From: Candidatus Saccharimonadota bacterium
GTDB taxonomy: Bacteria > Pseudomonadota > Gammaproteobacteria > Johnevansiales > Johnevansiaceae
DNA: 32,000 nt
Assembly: GCF_902713755.1 (NCBI RefSeq)
Contig: NZ_LR744089.1
Strand: one strand, 5' to 3'
Shown: one piece after another, positions 18,170-31,140 of the stretch
Layout of the letters: each line of letters begins with the position of its first letter
Numbering within the stretch: position 1 is the stretch's first letter
The notes under the pieces: model-generated
The model's database searches: none
What the model was told of the DNA's origin: nothing
What the model saw: the letters and a program-made list of their open reading frames with translations, nothing else
Translations under genes and position numbers: made by a program

Positions 18170-19581
18170 ACCTTATGAATAGTAGTACCTGATGATGTAG
18201 CACAAGCTGCTTCGTGTATCGCTTCTGAAAGGGTAGGATGAGCAAAACATGTTAATGCCAAATCCTCTGCACTGGAACTAAATTCCATTGCAATAACACC
18301 CTGAGCAATTAATTCACTAGCATTTTGTCCCATTATATGTACACCCAAAATTTTATCATTTACATCTGCAATTATTTTAACCATTCCTTGTATTGCGTTA
18401 TTTGTCATAGCTCTACCGCAATTAGCAAACGGAAAAATACCTACTTTATAGTTAATACCTGCTGATTTAAGCTGCTGTTCATTTTTACCCACCCAAGCTA
18501 TTTCTGGTATTGTATAAATAACCCATGGAATAGTATCATAATTTAACTGTACATTGTTACCAGCAATAATTTCAGCTACCATAATACCTTCTTGAGCCGC
18601 TTTATGTGCTAACATAGGACCCCTAACAACGTCTCCTACAGCATAAATTCCTGATACACTTGTTTTACATTGATTGTCAACTTTGATAAATCCTTTATCA
18701 TCAATTTCTATCCCGCTATCTAGTTCTAGTAGCTTATGTGTATAAGGTATCCTACCTATACAAACTATCAACTTATCAAAAGTTAAGCTATGCTCACCAA
18801 ATTGATCCATAAAATTAACTTTAACTTCTTTATTTTTAATTTCGATACCCATAATACGCACATTGAATTTAATATTTAACCCTTGTTTTGTTAAGATTTT
18901 TGATATTTCTTTAGCTAAAGTTTCATCCACAACTGGAAATAATTTATCTAACGCTTCCAATATAGTAACTTGGCTACATAGCCTACTCCAAACTGAACCT
19001 AATTCTATCCCAATAATACCTGCTCCTATTATACCTAAACGATTAGGTACCTCCTGTAAACTTAATGCAGCTGCGGAGTCTATTATTGTATCTCCATTTA
19101 ATGGTACCTGCTTAATGCTACTAGGAATAGATCCTGAAGCAATAATAATATTATTAGCTTTTAAAATACTCTTTTTTTTATTATGAGACACTTCTACTTT
19201 TTTTTCATTTAAAATCTTACCAGTTCCTTTCAATACTATAACCCCATTAGCTCTAAACAAAGCATCAATTCCATCAATTAAACTATAAACAATTTTATTT
19301 TTATGCCTGATCATATTTTTAATATCGATACTAATTTTATCAATCTTAATACCTAATTCTTCGAATTTATCCCTAGCCTCAATAAACTTATGTGATATTT
19401 CTAATAATGTTTTTGAAGGTATACACCCAACATTTAAACAAGTACCCCCATAAATCATTCTTCCATCTTTAATCCATTTTTCAACACAAGCAGTTTTTAG
19501 TCCTAATTGCGCCGCTCTTATAGCTGCAACGTAACCAGCTGGACCAGCACCTATAACAATTACATCAAAATTAGCTTCCAT
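18166..19581 (-). CDS. lpdA: Dihydrolipoyl dehydrogenase (E3)
   Basis: 471 aa with GAGPAGYVAAIRAAQLG (FAD), the redox disulfide GGTCLNVGCIPSK, GAGIIGIELG (NAD) and a C-terminal HAHPTLSE. Confidence 0.97.
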   Translation of the reverse strand: MEANFDVIVIGAGPAGYVAAIRAAQLGLKTACVEKWIKDGRMIYGGTCLNVGCIPSKTLLEISHKFIEARDKFEELGIKIDKISIDIKNMIRHKNKIVYSLIDGIDALFRANGVIVLKGTGKILNEKKVEVSHNKKKSILKANNIIIASGSIPSSIKQVPLNGDTIIDSAAALSLQEVPNRLGIIGAGIIGIELGSVWSRLCSQVTILEALDKLFPVVDETLAKEISKILTKQGLNIKFNVRIMGIEIKNKEVKVNFMDQFGEHSLTFDKLIVCIGRIPYTHKLLELDSGIEIDDKGFIKVDNQCKTSVSGIYAVGDVVRGPMLAHKAAQEGIMVAEIIAGNNVQLNYDTIPWVIYTIPEIAWVGKNEQQLKSAGINYKVGIFPFANCGRAMTNNAIQGMVKIIADVNDKILGVHIMGQNASELIAQGVIAMEFSSSAEDLALTCFAHPTLSEAIHEAACATSSGTTIHKV

Positions 19582-19601
19582 ATTTATTTCTCTCGTTACA
19601 T

Positions 19602-20825
19602 TTAAATATTTAATATAAACCGAATAGGGTTTTCTAAAAGCTCCTTAACTAAATTTAAAAATTTTACTGCATCAACACCATCAAGGATACGATGATCATA
19701 AGACAACGCTAAATACATCATCGGACGTATAACTATTTCTCCATTTAAAACTACTGGACGTTTTTGAATTTTATGCATTCCCAGAATAGCTGTTTGAGGC
19801 GGGTTAATAATAGGAGTAGAAAAAAGAGATCCAAATACCCCTCCATTGCTTATAGTAAAAGTTCCACCAGTAATTTCTTTAATACTTAATTTTCCATTAA
19901 TACCACGTTGCCTGAAATCCATAATTAATTTCTCTATATCTACTATTTCCATAGAATCAGTATTTCTTAATATTGGAACAACTAAACCCCTATTTGTAGA
20001 AACTGCTATTCCAATATCTTGATAATTATGATAAACAATTTCTTTAGCATCAGCATCAATAAAGGCATTAACTTTATTATTTTTTTTTAGCGCTATAGTA
20101 CAAGCTTTTACAAAAAAACCCATTAATCCTAGCTTATTACCATGTATTTCTTTAAATAGCTCTCTATATTGTACGCGTATCTCTATTATATTACTCATAT
20201 CTACTTCATTATAAGTAGTTAACATTGCAGCCTTTTTTTGCGCTTTTACTATACGATTAGCTATTGTCTGACGTAACAGACTCATTGGTACCCTTTTTTC
20301 TCCGACTTCATTACGTTGAACATCTTCTTTTAGTATACAAGTACCAATAATGGTATTAGCAGTATTTGTTGATGGTGTTGATGGTGTTGATGGTGTTGAT
20401 GGTGTTGATGGTGTTGATGGTGTTGATGGTGTTGATGGTGTTGATGGTGTTGATGGTGTTGATGCTGAAGATGCTGAAGATGCTGAAGATGCTGAAGATG
20501 CTGAAGATGCTGAAGATGCTGAAGATGCTGAAGATGCTGAAGATGCTGAAGATGCTGAAGATGCTGAAATATCTTCTTCTCTATCTCCTACAACAATAAT
20601 ACCTAGCAATTGCTCTGATTTGCATGTCTTACCTGCTGGTATCTTTATATCTTTAAGAATCCCTACCGCTGGTGACACCACCTCTAGCAATACTTTATCA
20701 GTTTCTACTTCAACAATAATTTCATATCGTAAAATTTTATCCCCAGGTTTTTTATGCCAAGTAGCAACTGTACCTTCATTTACCGATTCAGGAAAGCTAG
20801 GAGCTTTTATATCTATATATTTAAT
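19602..20825 (-). CDS. sucB: Dihydrolipoyllysine-residue succinyltransferase (E2o), with a proposed ATT start
   Basis: The track ORF starts at TTG 20690, just after the lipoyl-Lys motif. The frame is open upstream to TAA 20873-20871 and encodes (I)[44 protein letters not shown]. This is the lipoyl domain (recalled E. coli [29 protein letters not shown]...IETDKV). No ATG, GTG or TTG is available. ATT 20825-20823 lies 8 nt after AAGGA (20838-20834). The catalytic core contains SYDHRILDG. Confidence 0.85.
   Translation of the reverse strand: MKYIDIKAPSFPESVNEGTVATWHKKPGDKILRYEIIVEVETDKVLLEVVSPAVGILKDIKIPAGKTCKSEQLLGIIVVGDREEDISASSASSASSASSASSASSASSASSASSASSASSASTPSTPSTPSTPSTPSTPSTPSTPSTPSTPSTNTANTIIGTCILKEDVQRNEVGEKRVPMSLLRQTIANRIVKAQKKAAMLTTYNEVDMSNIIEIRVQYRELFKEIHGNKLGLMGFFVKACTIALKKNNKVNAFIDADAKEIVYHNYQDIGIAVSTNRGLVVPILRNTDSMEIVDIEKLIMDFRQRGINGKLSIKEITGGTFTISNGGVFGSLFSTPIINPPQTAILGMHKIQKRPVVLNGEIVIRPMMYLALSYDHRILDGVDAVKFLNLVKELLENPIRFILNI
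20371..20460. repeat. Perfect tandem array GATGGTGTT x10 (9-bp unit), read as (TPS)n on the sucB strand
   Basis: 90 bp with no mismatch, in frame inside sucB. Confidence 0.98.
20461..20568. repeat. Perfect tandem array GATGCTGAA x12 (9-bp unit), read as (SAS)n on the sucB strand
   Basis: 108 bp with no mismatch, directly abutting the first array and in frame inside sucB. Confidence 0.98.
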
Positions 20826-20845
20826 CTTAATTATCCTTTTTATTA

Positions 20846-23449
20846 TTAAAGAAAGGCTTCTTTTATTAAATTAGCCTGCTGTTTCATATGTACATCAATA
20901 TAACCAGCTGCTGGTGCTGCGGCTGCAGTACGACCTACAAACTTTAGCTTAACAATCTTATTTAAATAGTACTTAATTTGATACCAAGCTCCTTGATTTT
21001 TAGGTTCTTCTTGACACCATATAATATGTTCACACTTAGAGTAAATAGATAATTTTTCTATAATACTTTTTTCAGGAAAAGGATAAAGCTGTTCTATTCG
21101 TAAAATAGCAGTATCATTAATATTATTTGCTTTACGATAAGCAAATAAATCGTAATATACTTTACCTGATGTAAGTATAATTCTTTTTACTATATCTGGA
21201 TCAATCTTCTCCGTTTCCCCAATAACCGTTTTAAAACTTCCATAAGATAAATCTTCAAAACTAGACTTAGCATATTTATGCCGCAATAAACTTTTTGGTT
21301 GCATCAATATTAATGGTTTACGTAATTTACGTTTTACCTGACTACGTATTAAATGAAATAGTTGTGAAGGATTTGTAGGAAGACATACTTGCATATTTTG
21401 TTCAGCACATAACTGAATAAATCGTTCAATACGTGCAGAAGAATGCTCTGGACCTTGACCTTCATAACCATGAGGTAGTAATAAAGTTAGACCGCATAAA
21501 CTTCCCCACTTAGTTTCACCAGAAGATATAAATTGATCAATCACTACCTGAGCTCCATTAGCAAAGTCTCCAAACTGAGCTTCCCAAGCTACGAACATAT
21601 TTTGTGATGTAGTAGAATAACCATATTCAAAAGCAAGCACAGCTTCTTCTGAAAGAATAGTATTTACTATAGTAAACTTAGGTTGCCCTTTTTTTATATG
21701 TTGCATAGGTGTCCATACTGATCCATCTTTCTGATTGTGTATTGCTGCATGCCGATGAGAGAAAGTTCCTCTTCTTGTATCTTGACCTGTTATACGAATG
21801 GCATAGCCTTCATCTAATAAAGTAGCATAGGACAACATCTCCGCAAAACCCCAATTTATATTCATCCCACTACTATTTACCATTTTACGACGATCTTCGT
21901 AAATTTTAGAAACTTTACTTTGAACTTCGATTCTACCCAACTTGCACATTTTTCCCGCTAATTCCTGCATACGCTTCATTTCAAATGAGGTATCATCATA
22001 CTCATTATCATAATATTTATACATAATAACACTTACAATTGATTTTTTATATGACTTTTTAGCATTATTTTTAACCTCATTCTTTGATATTAAACCTTGT
22101 TTTAATAAATATTTTGAATAAATTTCCCGTGTAGTTGGATGATTTTTTATTTTTTTATACATAATTGGTTGTGTTATTGATGGTGAATCTGACTCATGAT
22201 GACCTCTACGACGGTAACATATCATATCAATTAACACATCTTTTTTGAATTTATTCCTATAATCAACTGATAATTGGGTTACATATTGAACAGCTTCTGG
22301 ATCATCTCCATTTACATGGAAAACAGGATATTGAAACATTTTTGCAATATCACTACAATATTTAGTAGATCGTGCATTGTGTCTATAAGTAGTAAAACCT
22401 ATCTGATTATTAATTATAATATGTAAAGTACCCCCCGTATTATATTCCTTTATTTTTGACATTTGTAATGTTTCCATTACCACACCTTGTCCAGAAAATG
22501 CTGTATCCCCATGTATAACAATAGGTAATACTTTTGTCATAGTCATATCATTAATATAATCTTGTCTCGCACGAACCGCTCCTTCTATTACTGGATAAAT
22601 AATTTCTAGATGTGATGGATTAAATGCTAATTTTAAATACACACCACCACCTTTTGTCATTATTTTTGAACTAAAACCATGATGATATTTAACATCACCA
22701 GAACCTGATTCATATATTTGTTTTCCTTCAAATTCATTAATTATATCTGATGGGCTCTTACCCAAAATATTAACTAATACATTTATACGTCCTCTGTGAG
22801 CCATACCCATAAAAATTTCTTTAATACCATAATTACCAGAACGTTGAATTAATTCATATAACATAGGAATTAAAGTTTCTCCACCCTCTATACCAAAACG
22901 TTTAGTACCAGGATATTTACTAGATAAATAATTTTCTAATCCTTCAGCTGCAGTAAGTAATTCTAGAATATGCAAACTTATTTTTTTTGTTGTTGAGTAT
23001 TTGTTACGTACAGATTCAAAACTTTGCTCTAACCACACTTTTTCTTCATTATTAATAAGATGCATAAATTCACATCCTATGGATCTACAGTAAGTCATAT
23101 CCAAAACGTCAATAATTTCTTTTAATGTTGCTTTATTTTTACCAACTCCAGTATAAAAGACTTTATTTATATCTTCTTTATTCAATTCGTATAATGACAA
23201 TTGAAGCGCATTAACAGTAGTCTTACCACTTATTGGGTCTATATTTGCCTTTATATGCCCCATATAACGATAAGCGTTAATAAGTTGCAAAACGCTCATT
23301 TGTTTTTTTATATTTTCTTTTGTTTGAACAATGCATTCTTTGTTACTAATATAGTCAAAATATTGCCGCCATTCTTCAGTAACCTTACCTTTATGGTATT
23401 GTTCGTATATTTCTTCTAAATAACTAACATTATCTAATGCTATTTGCAT
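20846..23449 (-). CDS. sucA: 2-oxoglutarate dehydrogenase E1 component
   Basis: 867 aa. The ThDP-enzyme signature regions ([45 protein letters not shown]) are colinear with SucA. It lies upstream of sucB-lpdA. Confidence 0.96.
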   Translation of the reverse strand: MQIALDNVSYLEEIYEQYHKGKVTEEWRQYFDYISNKECIVQTKENIKKQMSVLQLINAYRYMGHIKANIDPISGKTTVNALQLSLYELNKEDINKVFYTGVGKNKATLKEIIDVLDMTYCRSIGCEFMHLINNEEKVWLEQSFESVRNKYSTTKKISLHILELLTAAEGLENYLSSKYPGTKRFGIEGGETLIPMLYELIQRSGNYGIKEIFMGMAHRGRINVLVNILGKSPSDIINEFEGKQIYESGSGDVKYHHGFSSKIMTKGGGVYLKLAFNPSHLEIIYPVIEGAVRARQDYINDMTMTKVLPIVIHGDTAFSGQGVVMETLQMSKIKEYNTGGTLHIIINNQIGFTTYRHNARSTKYCSDIAKMFQYPVFHVNGDDPEAVQYVTQLSVDYRNKFKKDVLIDMICYRRRGHHESDSPSITQPIMYKKIKNHPTTREIYSKYLLKQGLISKNEVKNNAKKSYKKSIVSVIMYKYYDNEYDDTSFEMKRMQELAGKMCKLGRIEVQSKVSKIYEDRRKMVNSSGMNINWGFAEMLSYATLLDEGYAIRITGQDTRRGTFSHRHAAIHNQKDGSVWTPMQHIKKGQPKFTIVNTILSEEAVLAFEYGYSTTSQNMFVAWEAQFGDFANGAQVVIDQFISSGETKWGSLCGLTLLLPHGYEGQGPEHSSARIERFIQLCAEQNMQVCLPTNPSQLFHLIRSQVKRKLRKPLILMQPKSLLRHKYAKSSFEDLSYGSFKTVIGETEKIDPDIVKRIILTSGKVYYDLFAYRKANNINDTAILRIEQLYPFPEKSIIEKLSIYSKCEHIIWCQEEPKNQGAWYQIKYYLNKIVKLKFVGRTAAAAPAAGYIDVHMKQQANLIKEAFL

Positions 23450-23464
23450 ATTTGTTTTGATACC

Positions 23465-23483
23465 TTATTTAGTTTATTTAGTT
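23465..23483. repeat. 9-bp tandem duplication TTATTTAGT x2 spanning the gltX stop codon
   Basis: The minus strand reads ACT AAA TAA ACT AAA TAA. The last two codons plus the stop of gltX are repeated once, immediately downstream and in frame. Confidence 0.85.
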
Positions 23484-24886
23484 AGTTTGATATCTTCTAT
23501 TCCTCCTAATATATTTATTGCCTGCTTTATACGTATACGAGTTATATCTTTACCAATAATTACTATAGTATCAATTACCGATGTAGAAATTAATCTTCCA
23601 TTTATTGCAATAAAAATTGGAGCTATTATTGTTTTCATTTTTATTTTAAAATGGTTAGATAATTGTTTAACCTTATATAGTATAGTTGCCTTGTCCCATT
23701 TTTCTATATATTCTAACTGCAACCATAAAAATTTAAGTACTTTAATTTGCATTGTGTTTTTCAAAGCAATAACTTTAAAATCTTCCGCTTTTAATTTAGG
23801 TAATACAGAAAAAAAATGTTCAGATAAAGGAATAATATCAGTTAAAATTTTTATACGAGGTTTAATTGATGGTAAAATCTTATATATATAGTCTTTAGAC
23901 CATTCATACATAACCTTAATTAAAGTTTTATCTTCCATTGAGCGTATATAAATACCATTTAACCAAGTCAATTTGTCTAAATCAAATATTGGACCTCCTA
24001 AAGATATACTCTTAATATCAAATTTAGATTGCATATTTTCTATAGAAATACCACCAATACTACCTAAGTACTTGATTATTGTTTGGGGTAAATAACCCAT
24101 TTTACGATAATATTCAATTGAATTATTTTGTTTGCGCTTAGATAGTTTTGATCTATCTGGATTACGTAACAATGGTAAGTGACAAAAATTTGGAATTTTC
24201 CAGCCTAAATATTCATAAATCAACTTATGTTTTGGAGTAGAATTTATCCAATCTTCACCCCTTATTACATTAGTAATCCCCATCAAATAATCGTCTACTA
24301 CATTAGCTAAATGATAAGTAGGTGTTCCGTCAGATTTTATTAAAATTTGTGAATCAACCTGATCCCAATTCATTTTAATACTACCCCTTAATACATCATA
24401 AAATACGCATATTCCTTCATTAGGAACCTTAAGCCGTATTACATAAGGCCAATTGTTTTTTTTACGAAATTTTAATTCTTTATAATCTAACTGTAAATCT
24501 TTTTCTTTTAATGCTTTATCAAACTTTAATTTGCGCAATTTATATAATTCTTCACAAGTACGATAACATTTAAATACCTTACCTGAATTAATTAATTTCT
24601 CAACATATTTATTATAAATACTATTACGTTCGCTTTGACGATAAGGTCCGAAATTTCCTCCTATATCCGGTCCTTCATCCCATTGAATGCCTAACCAATG
24701 TAATAATTCTAAAATTTTTTTTTCAAATTTACTTTTTGATCGCAATCTATCTGTATCTTCAATACGAAGAATTAATTTTCCATTATTAATACGAGCAAAA
24801 TAAAAATTTAATAAAGCAATATAGGCTGTACCTATATGCGGTTCTCCTGTAGGAGAAGGTGCAATACGTGTGCGAATATTCTGCAT
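23474..24886 (-). CDS. gltX: Glutamate--tRNA ligase
   Basis: 470 aa with RIAPSPTGEPHIGTAY (HIGH-type), KLSKR (KMSKS-type) and YHLANVVDD. Confidence 0.95.
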   Translation of the reverse strand: MQNIRTRIAPSPTGEPHIGTAYIALLNFYFARINNGKLILRIEDTDRLRSKSKFEKKILELLHWLGIQWDEGPDIGGNFGPYRQSERNSIYNKYVEKLINSGKVFKCYRTCEELYKLRKLKFDKALKEKDLQLDYKELKFRKKNNWPYVIRLKVPNEGICVFYDVLRGSIKMNWDQVDSQILIKSDGTPTYHLANVVDDYLMGITNVIRGEDWINSTPKHKLIYEYLGWKIPNFCHLPLLRNPDRSKLSKRKQNNSIEYYRKMGYLPQTIIKYLGSIGGISIENMQSKFDIKSISLGGPIFDLDKLTWLNGIYIRSMEDKTLIKVMYEWSKDYIYKILPSIKPRIKILTDIIPLSEHFFSVLPKLKAEDFKVIALKNTMQIKVLKFLWLQLEYIEKWDKATILYKVKQLSNHFKIKMKTIIAPIFIAINGRLISTSVIDTIVIIGKDITRIRIKQAINILGGIEDIKLTK

Positions 24887-24900
24887 ATTATAATGTATTT

Positions 24901-26205
24901 TTACTTACGTTGCTTTTTGCAACCAATTGGAGCCTCTTTTTCACGTGCTAAATGTGCAAATACTGCTGCTAATTCTATCGGATTAAAACCTTTATCTACT
25001 AATTCTTGTACTAAATCCCGTTGATTATAATTTCTAGAAGCTAATATTGAGGTAGCACGATTTTTAAAAATACGATCACGATGATTTCTTAATGCCTTTT
25101 CATTTGGTATTTCCATTATTTCCATCTTTTGTCCAATAGCTTTTTCTAACCATTTTATTTTTCGTAATTCACTTCTATTTACAAAAGTAATAGCTGTGCC
25201 GGTACGTCCTGCACGACCTGTACGACCAATACGATGAATGTATGCTTCTTTATCATTTGGTATATCATAATTAATTACATGAGTAATACTAGGTAAATCA
25301 AGTCCTCTTGCAGCTATATCTGTAGCAACTAATATATTAACTTTACCTAATTTTAATCTTTCTACCGTTCTGTCACGTAAAGTTTGATTTAAATCACCAG
25401 AAAGTGCTGCTGCTAATATACAACGTGTATTTAATTTTTCCACTAACTTACTACAATAAGCTCTCGTACGTACAAACACAATTGCTGCATCAATTTTATA
25501 AATTTCTATAATACGCGATAATGCTTCAACTTTATCATTATTTTCAATTTTACATAATCTTTGAATAATAGTTACTTTTTTATATTCAATCTGAATTTTT
25601 ACAGGATTAACTAAATAACGATTAACTATTGGTTCTATTTCGAAGGGTACCGTTGCAGAAAAAAACACCCTTTGGCTTGTTATTGGCATCTTTTTAAGTA
25701 TTATTTCTACATCTTCTATAAACCCCATACGTAACATTTCATCAGCTTCATCCAGTACAAATGCATTTAGATATTTTAAATTCATAGAACCTCTTTTTAA
25801 ATGATCTATCACACGTCCTGGAGTACCTACTACAATATGAGCACCTTTATTTAAACCACATACTTGATCTCTATATTCTTGACCACCACATATAGTTATT
25901 ACTTCAATATTTTTTACATAATTCCCATATCTAATAAAATTTAAAGATACTTGTTGTGCAAGTTCACGAGTAGGTGCTAATACTAATACTTGAGTATGTT
26001 TAATATTAATATCTATTCTATTTAATAAAGGTAATGCAAACGCCGCTGTTTTCCCTGTTCCTGTTTGAGCTTTACCTAATAAATCACGCCCTTCAAGTAA
26101 CCAAGGAATTGTTTTCAGTTGTACAGTGGAAGGATTTTCATAACCCTTAACTTTAATCGACTTTAAAACCGCTGGCAATAAAGCAAATTTTTTAAACTTA
26201 GACAT
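24901..26205 (-). CDS. deaD: DEAD-box ATP-dependent RNA helicase, DeaD/CsdA-like and C-terminally short
   Basis: 434 aa with Q-motif/motif I GKAQTGTGKTAAFALPLL, DEAD (VLDEADEML), SAT, and HRIGRTGRAG. The N-terminus and the post-core segment (..ELAAVFAHLAREKE) resemble recalled E. coli DeaD. The basic C-terminal tail of the 629-aa E. coli protein is absent. Confidence 0.85.
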   Translation of the reverse strand: MSKFKKFALLPAVLKSIKVKGYENPSTVQLKTIPWLLEGRDLLGKAQTGTGKTAAFALPLLNRIDINIKHTQVLVLAPTRELAQQVSLNFIRYGNYVKNIEVITICGGQEYRDQVCGLNKGAHIVVGTPGRVIDHLKRGSMNLKYLNAFVLDEADEMLRMGFIEDVEIILKKMPITSQRVFFSATVPFEIEPIVNRYLVNPVKIQIEYKKVTIIQRLCKIENNDKVEALSRIIEIYKIDAAIVFVRTRAYCSKLVEKLNTRCILAAALSGDLNQTLRDRTVERLKLGKVNILVATDIAARGLDLPSITHVINYDIPNDKEAYIHRIGRTGRAGRTGTAITFVNRSELRKIKWLEKAIGQKMEIMEIPNEKALRNHRDRIFKNRATSILASRNYNQRDLVQELVDKGFNPIELAAVFAHLAREKEAPIGCKKQRK

Positions 26206-26269
26206 TTTATACCTTTATACCTTTATACCTTTATACCTTTATACCTTTATACCTTTATACCTTTATACT
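26206..26269. repeat. Tandem repeat, 8-bp unit TTTATACC x7 plus a variant TTTATACT
   Basis: The array occupies the entire spacer between the 5S rRNA 3' end and the deaD ATG (26205-26203). The minus strand reads (A/G)GTATAAA x8 followed by ATG, so each unit is both SD-like (AAGG) and -10-like (TATAAA). Confidence 0.97.
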
Positions 26270-26389
26270 AGCCTGACGATAACCTACTCTCACATAAGGA
26301 GAACCTCATACTACCATTGGCGTTAGGTGATTTAACTTCTGAGTTCGGAATGTTATCAGGTTGGTCCCACCAACTATAATCGTCAAGCT
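26270..26389 (-). rRNA. rrf: 5S ribosomal RNA
   Basis: The reverse complement reads GCTTGACGATTATAGTTGGTGGGACCAACCTGATAACATTCCGAACTCAGAAGTTAAATCACCTAACGCCAATGGTAGT...GAGAGTAGGTTATCGTCAGGC. It has the conserved CCGAACTCAGAAGT and GAGAGTAGG boxes and a terminal helix I (GCTTGACGAT/ATCGTCAGGC). Ends are accurate to about 2 nt. Confidence 0.95.
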
Positions 26390-26413
26390 AATTTTTTAAA
26401 AAATTATGTTACT

Positions 26414-29280
<2,867 letters not shown>

Positions 29281-29289
<9 letters not shown>

Positions 29290-29375
29290 CTATTTATCAC
29301 TATTTACTACTATTTACTACTATTTACTACTATTTACTACTATTTACTACATATTACTACATATTACTACATATT
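29281..29375. repeat. 10-bp-period tandem array in the tRNA-Ile/23S spacer, running into the 23S 5' end
   Basis: The minus strand, 5' to 3', reads GTAGTAATAT x2 (plus a partial unit), GTAGTAAATA x5, GTGATAAATA x1, then GTGATAAAGC, which is the 23S 5' terminus. Similarity to the 23S end falls off with distance from it. Confidence 0.93.
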
Positions 29376-29379
29376 TTTT

Positions 29380-29452
29380 TGGGTCTGGGCAGAATTGAAC
29401 TACCGACCTCACCCTTATCAGGAGTGCGCTCTTCCATCTGAGCTACAGACCC
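29380..29452 (-). tRNA. tRNA-Ile (anticodon GAT), no encoded CCA
   Basis: The reverse complement GGGTCTGTAGCTCAGATGGAAGAGCGCACTCCTGATAAGGGTGAGGTCGGTAGTTCAATTCTGCCCAGACCCA folds as a cloverleaf. It has a 7-bp acceptor stem, GCTC/GAGC D stem, CACTC/GGGTG anticodon stem, CTGATAA loop and GGTAG/CTGCC T stem. It closely resembles the E. coli rrn-spacer tRNA-Ile. Confidence 0.95.
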
Positions 29453-29502
29453 AATACCTTTTGTAATGTAAGTACTTAGTTCATCATAAAGACTATATAT
29501 TT

Positions 29503-31037
<1,535 letters not shown>

Positions 31038-31111
31038 TATCCTTTTTTGGTCTTTATTATATGAAGAACCAAGTACCTACTTTAAATAGATATCTTTTAA
31101 TTAATTAATTA

Positions 31112-31140
31112 ATTATATTAAATCTATTTTTTTTTGTCAA
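31112..31140 (-). promoter_or_regulatory. Consensus sigma70 promoter for the rrn operon: TTGACA, 17 nt, TATAAT
   Basis: On the minus strand, TTGACA is at 31140-31135, followed by a spacer of exactly 17 nt and TATAAT at 31117-31112. This is about 75 nt upstream of the mature 16S 5' end. The -35 hexamer overlaps the trpS TGA stop (31139-31137). An exact match to both hexamers with optimal spacing is unlikely by chance, even in AT-rich DNA, because of the G and C in the -35. Confidence 0.6.

Noticed and set aside
4170-18170. Rho-independent terminators at the convergent junctions proS/era (4176-4183), fdx/trpA (12026-12030) and holA/lpdA (18119-18165).
   Set aside because: The genes overlap or are separated by 5-47 nt. 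There is no GC-rich stem followed by a T-tract, so no terminator can be supported.
19602-20690. The track start of sucB at TTG 20690.
   Set aside because: It would remove the lipoyl domain, which is clearly encoded in the same open frame just upstream, including the lipoyl-lysine motif.
20350-20874. Plus-strand ORFs 20350-20874 (VDG/AED repeats) and 20366-20599 (MLMV/LKM repeats).
   Set aside because: They are antisense or alternate-frame readings of the sucB 9-bp arrays. Repeat periodicity keeps all frames open. The minus-strand frame is flanked by strongly conserved SucB domains.
6234-25024. Antisense ORFs 6234-6422, 11421-11609, 14992-15297, 15658-15894, 18863-19186, 23201-23419, 23457-23891 and 24836-25024.
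   Set aside because: Each is fully embedded opposite a highly conserved gene (lepA, valS, leuS, lpdA, sucA, gltX or deaD). Their products are low-complexity Ile/Phe/Leu-rich sequences with no recognisable motifs.
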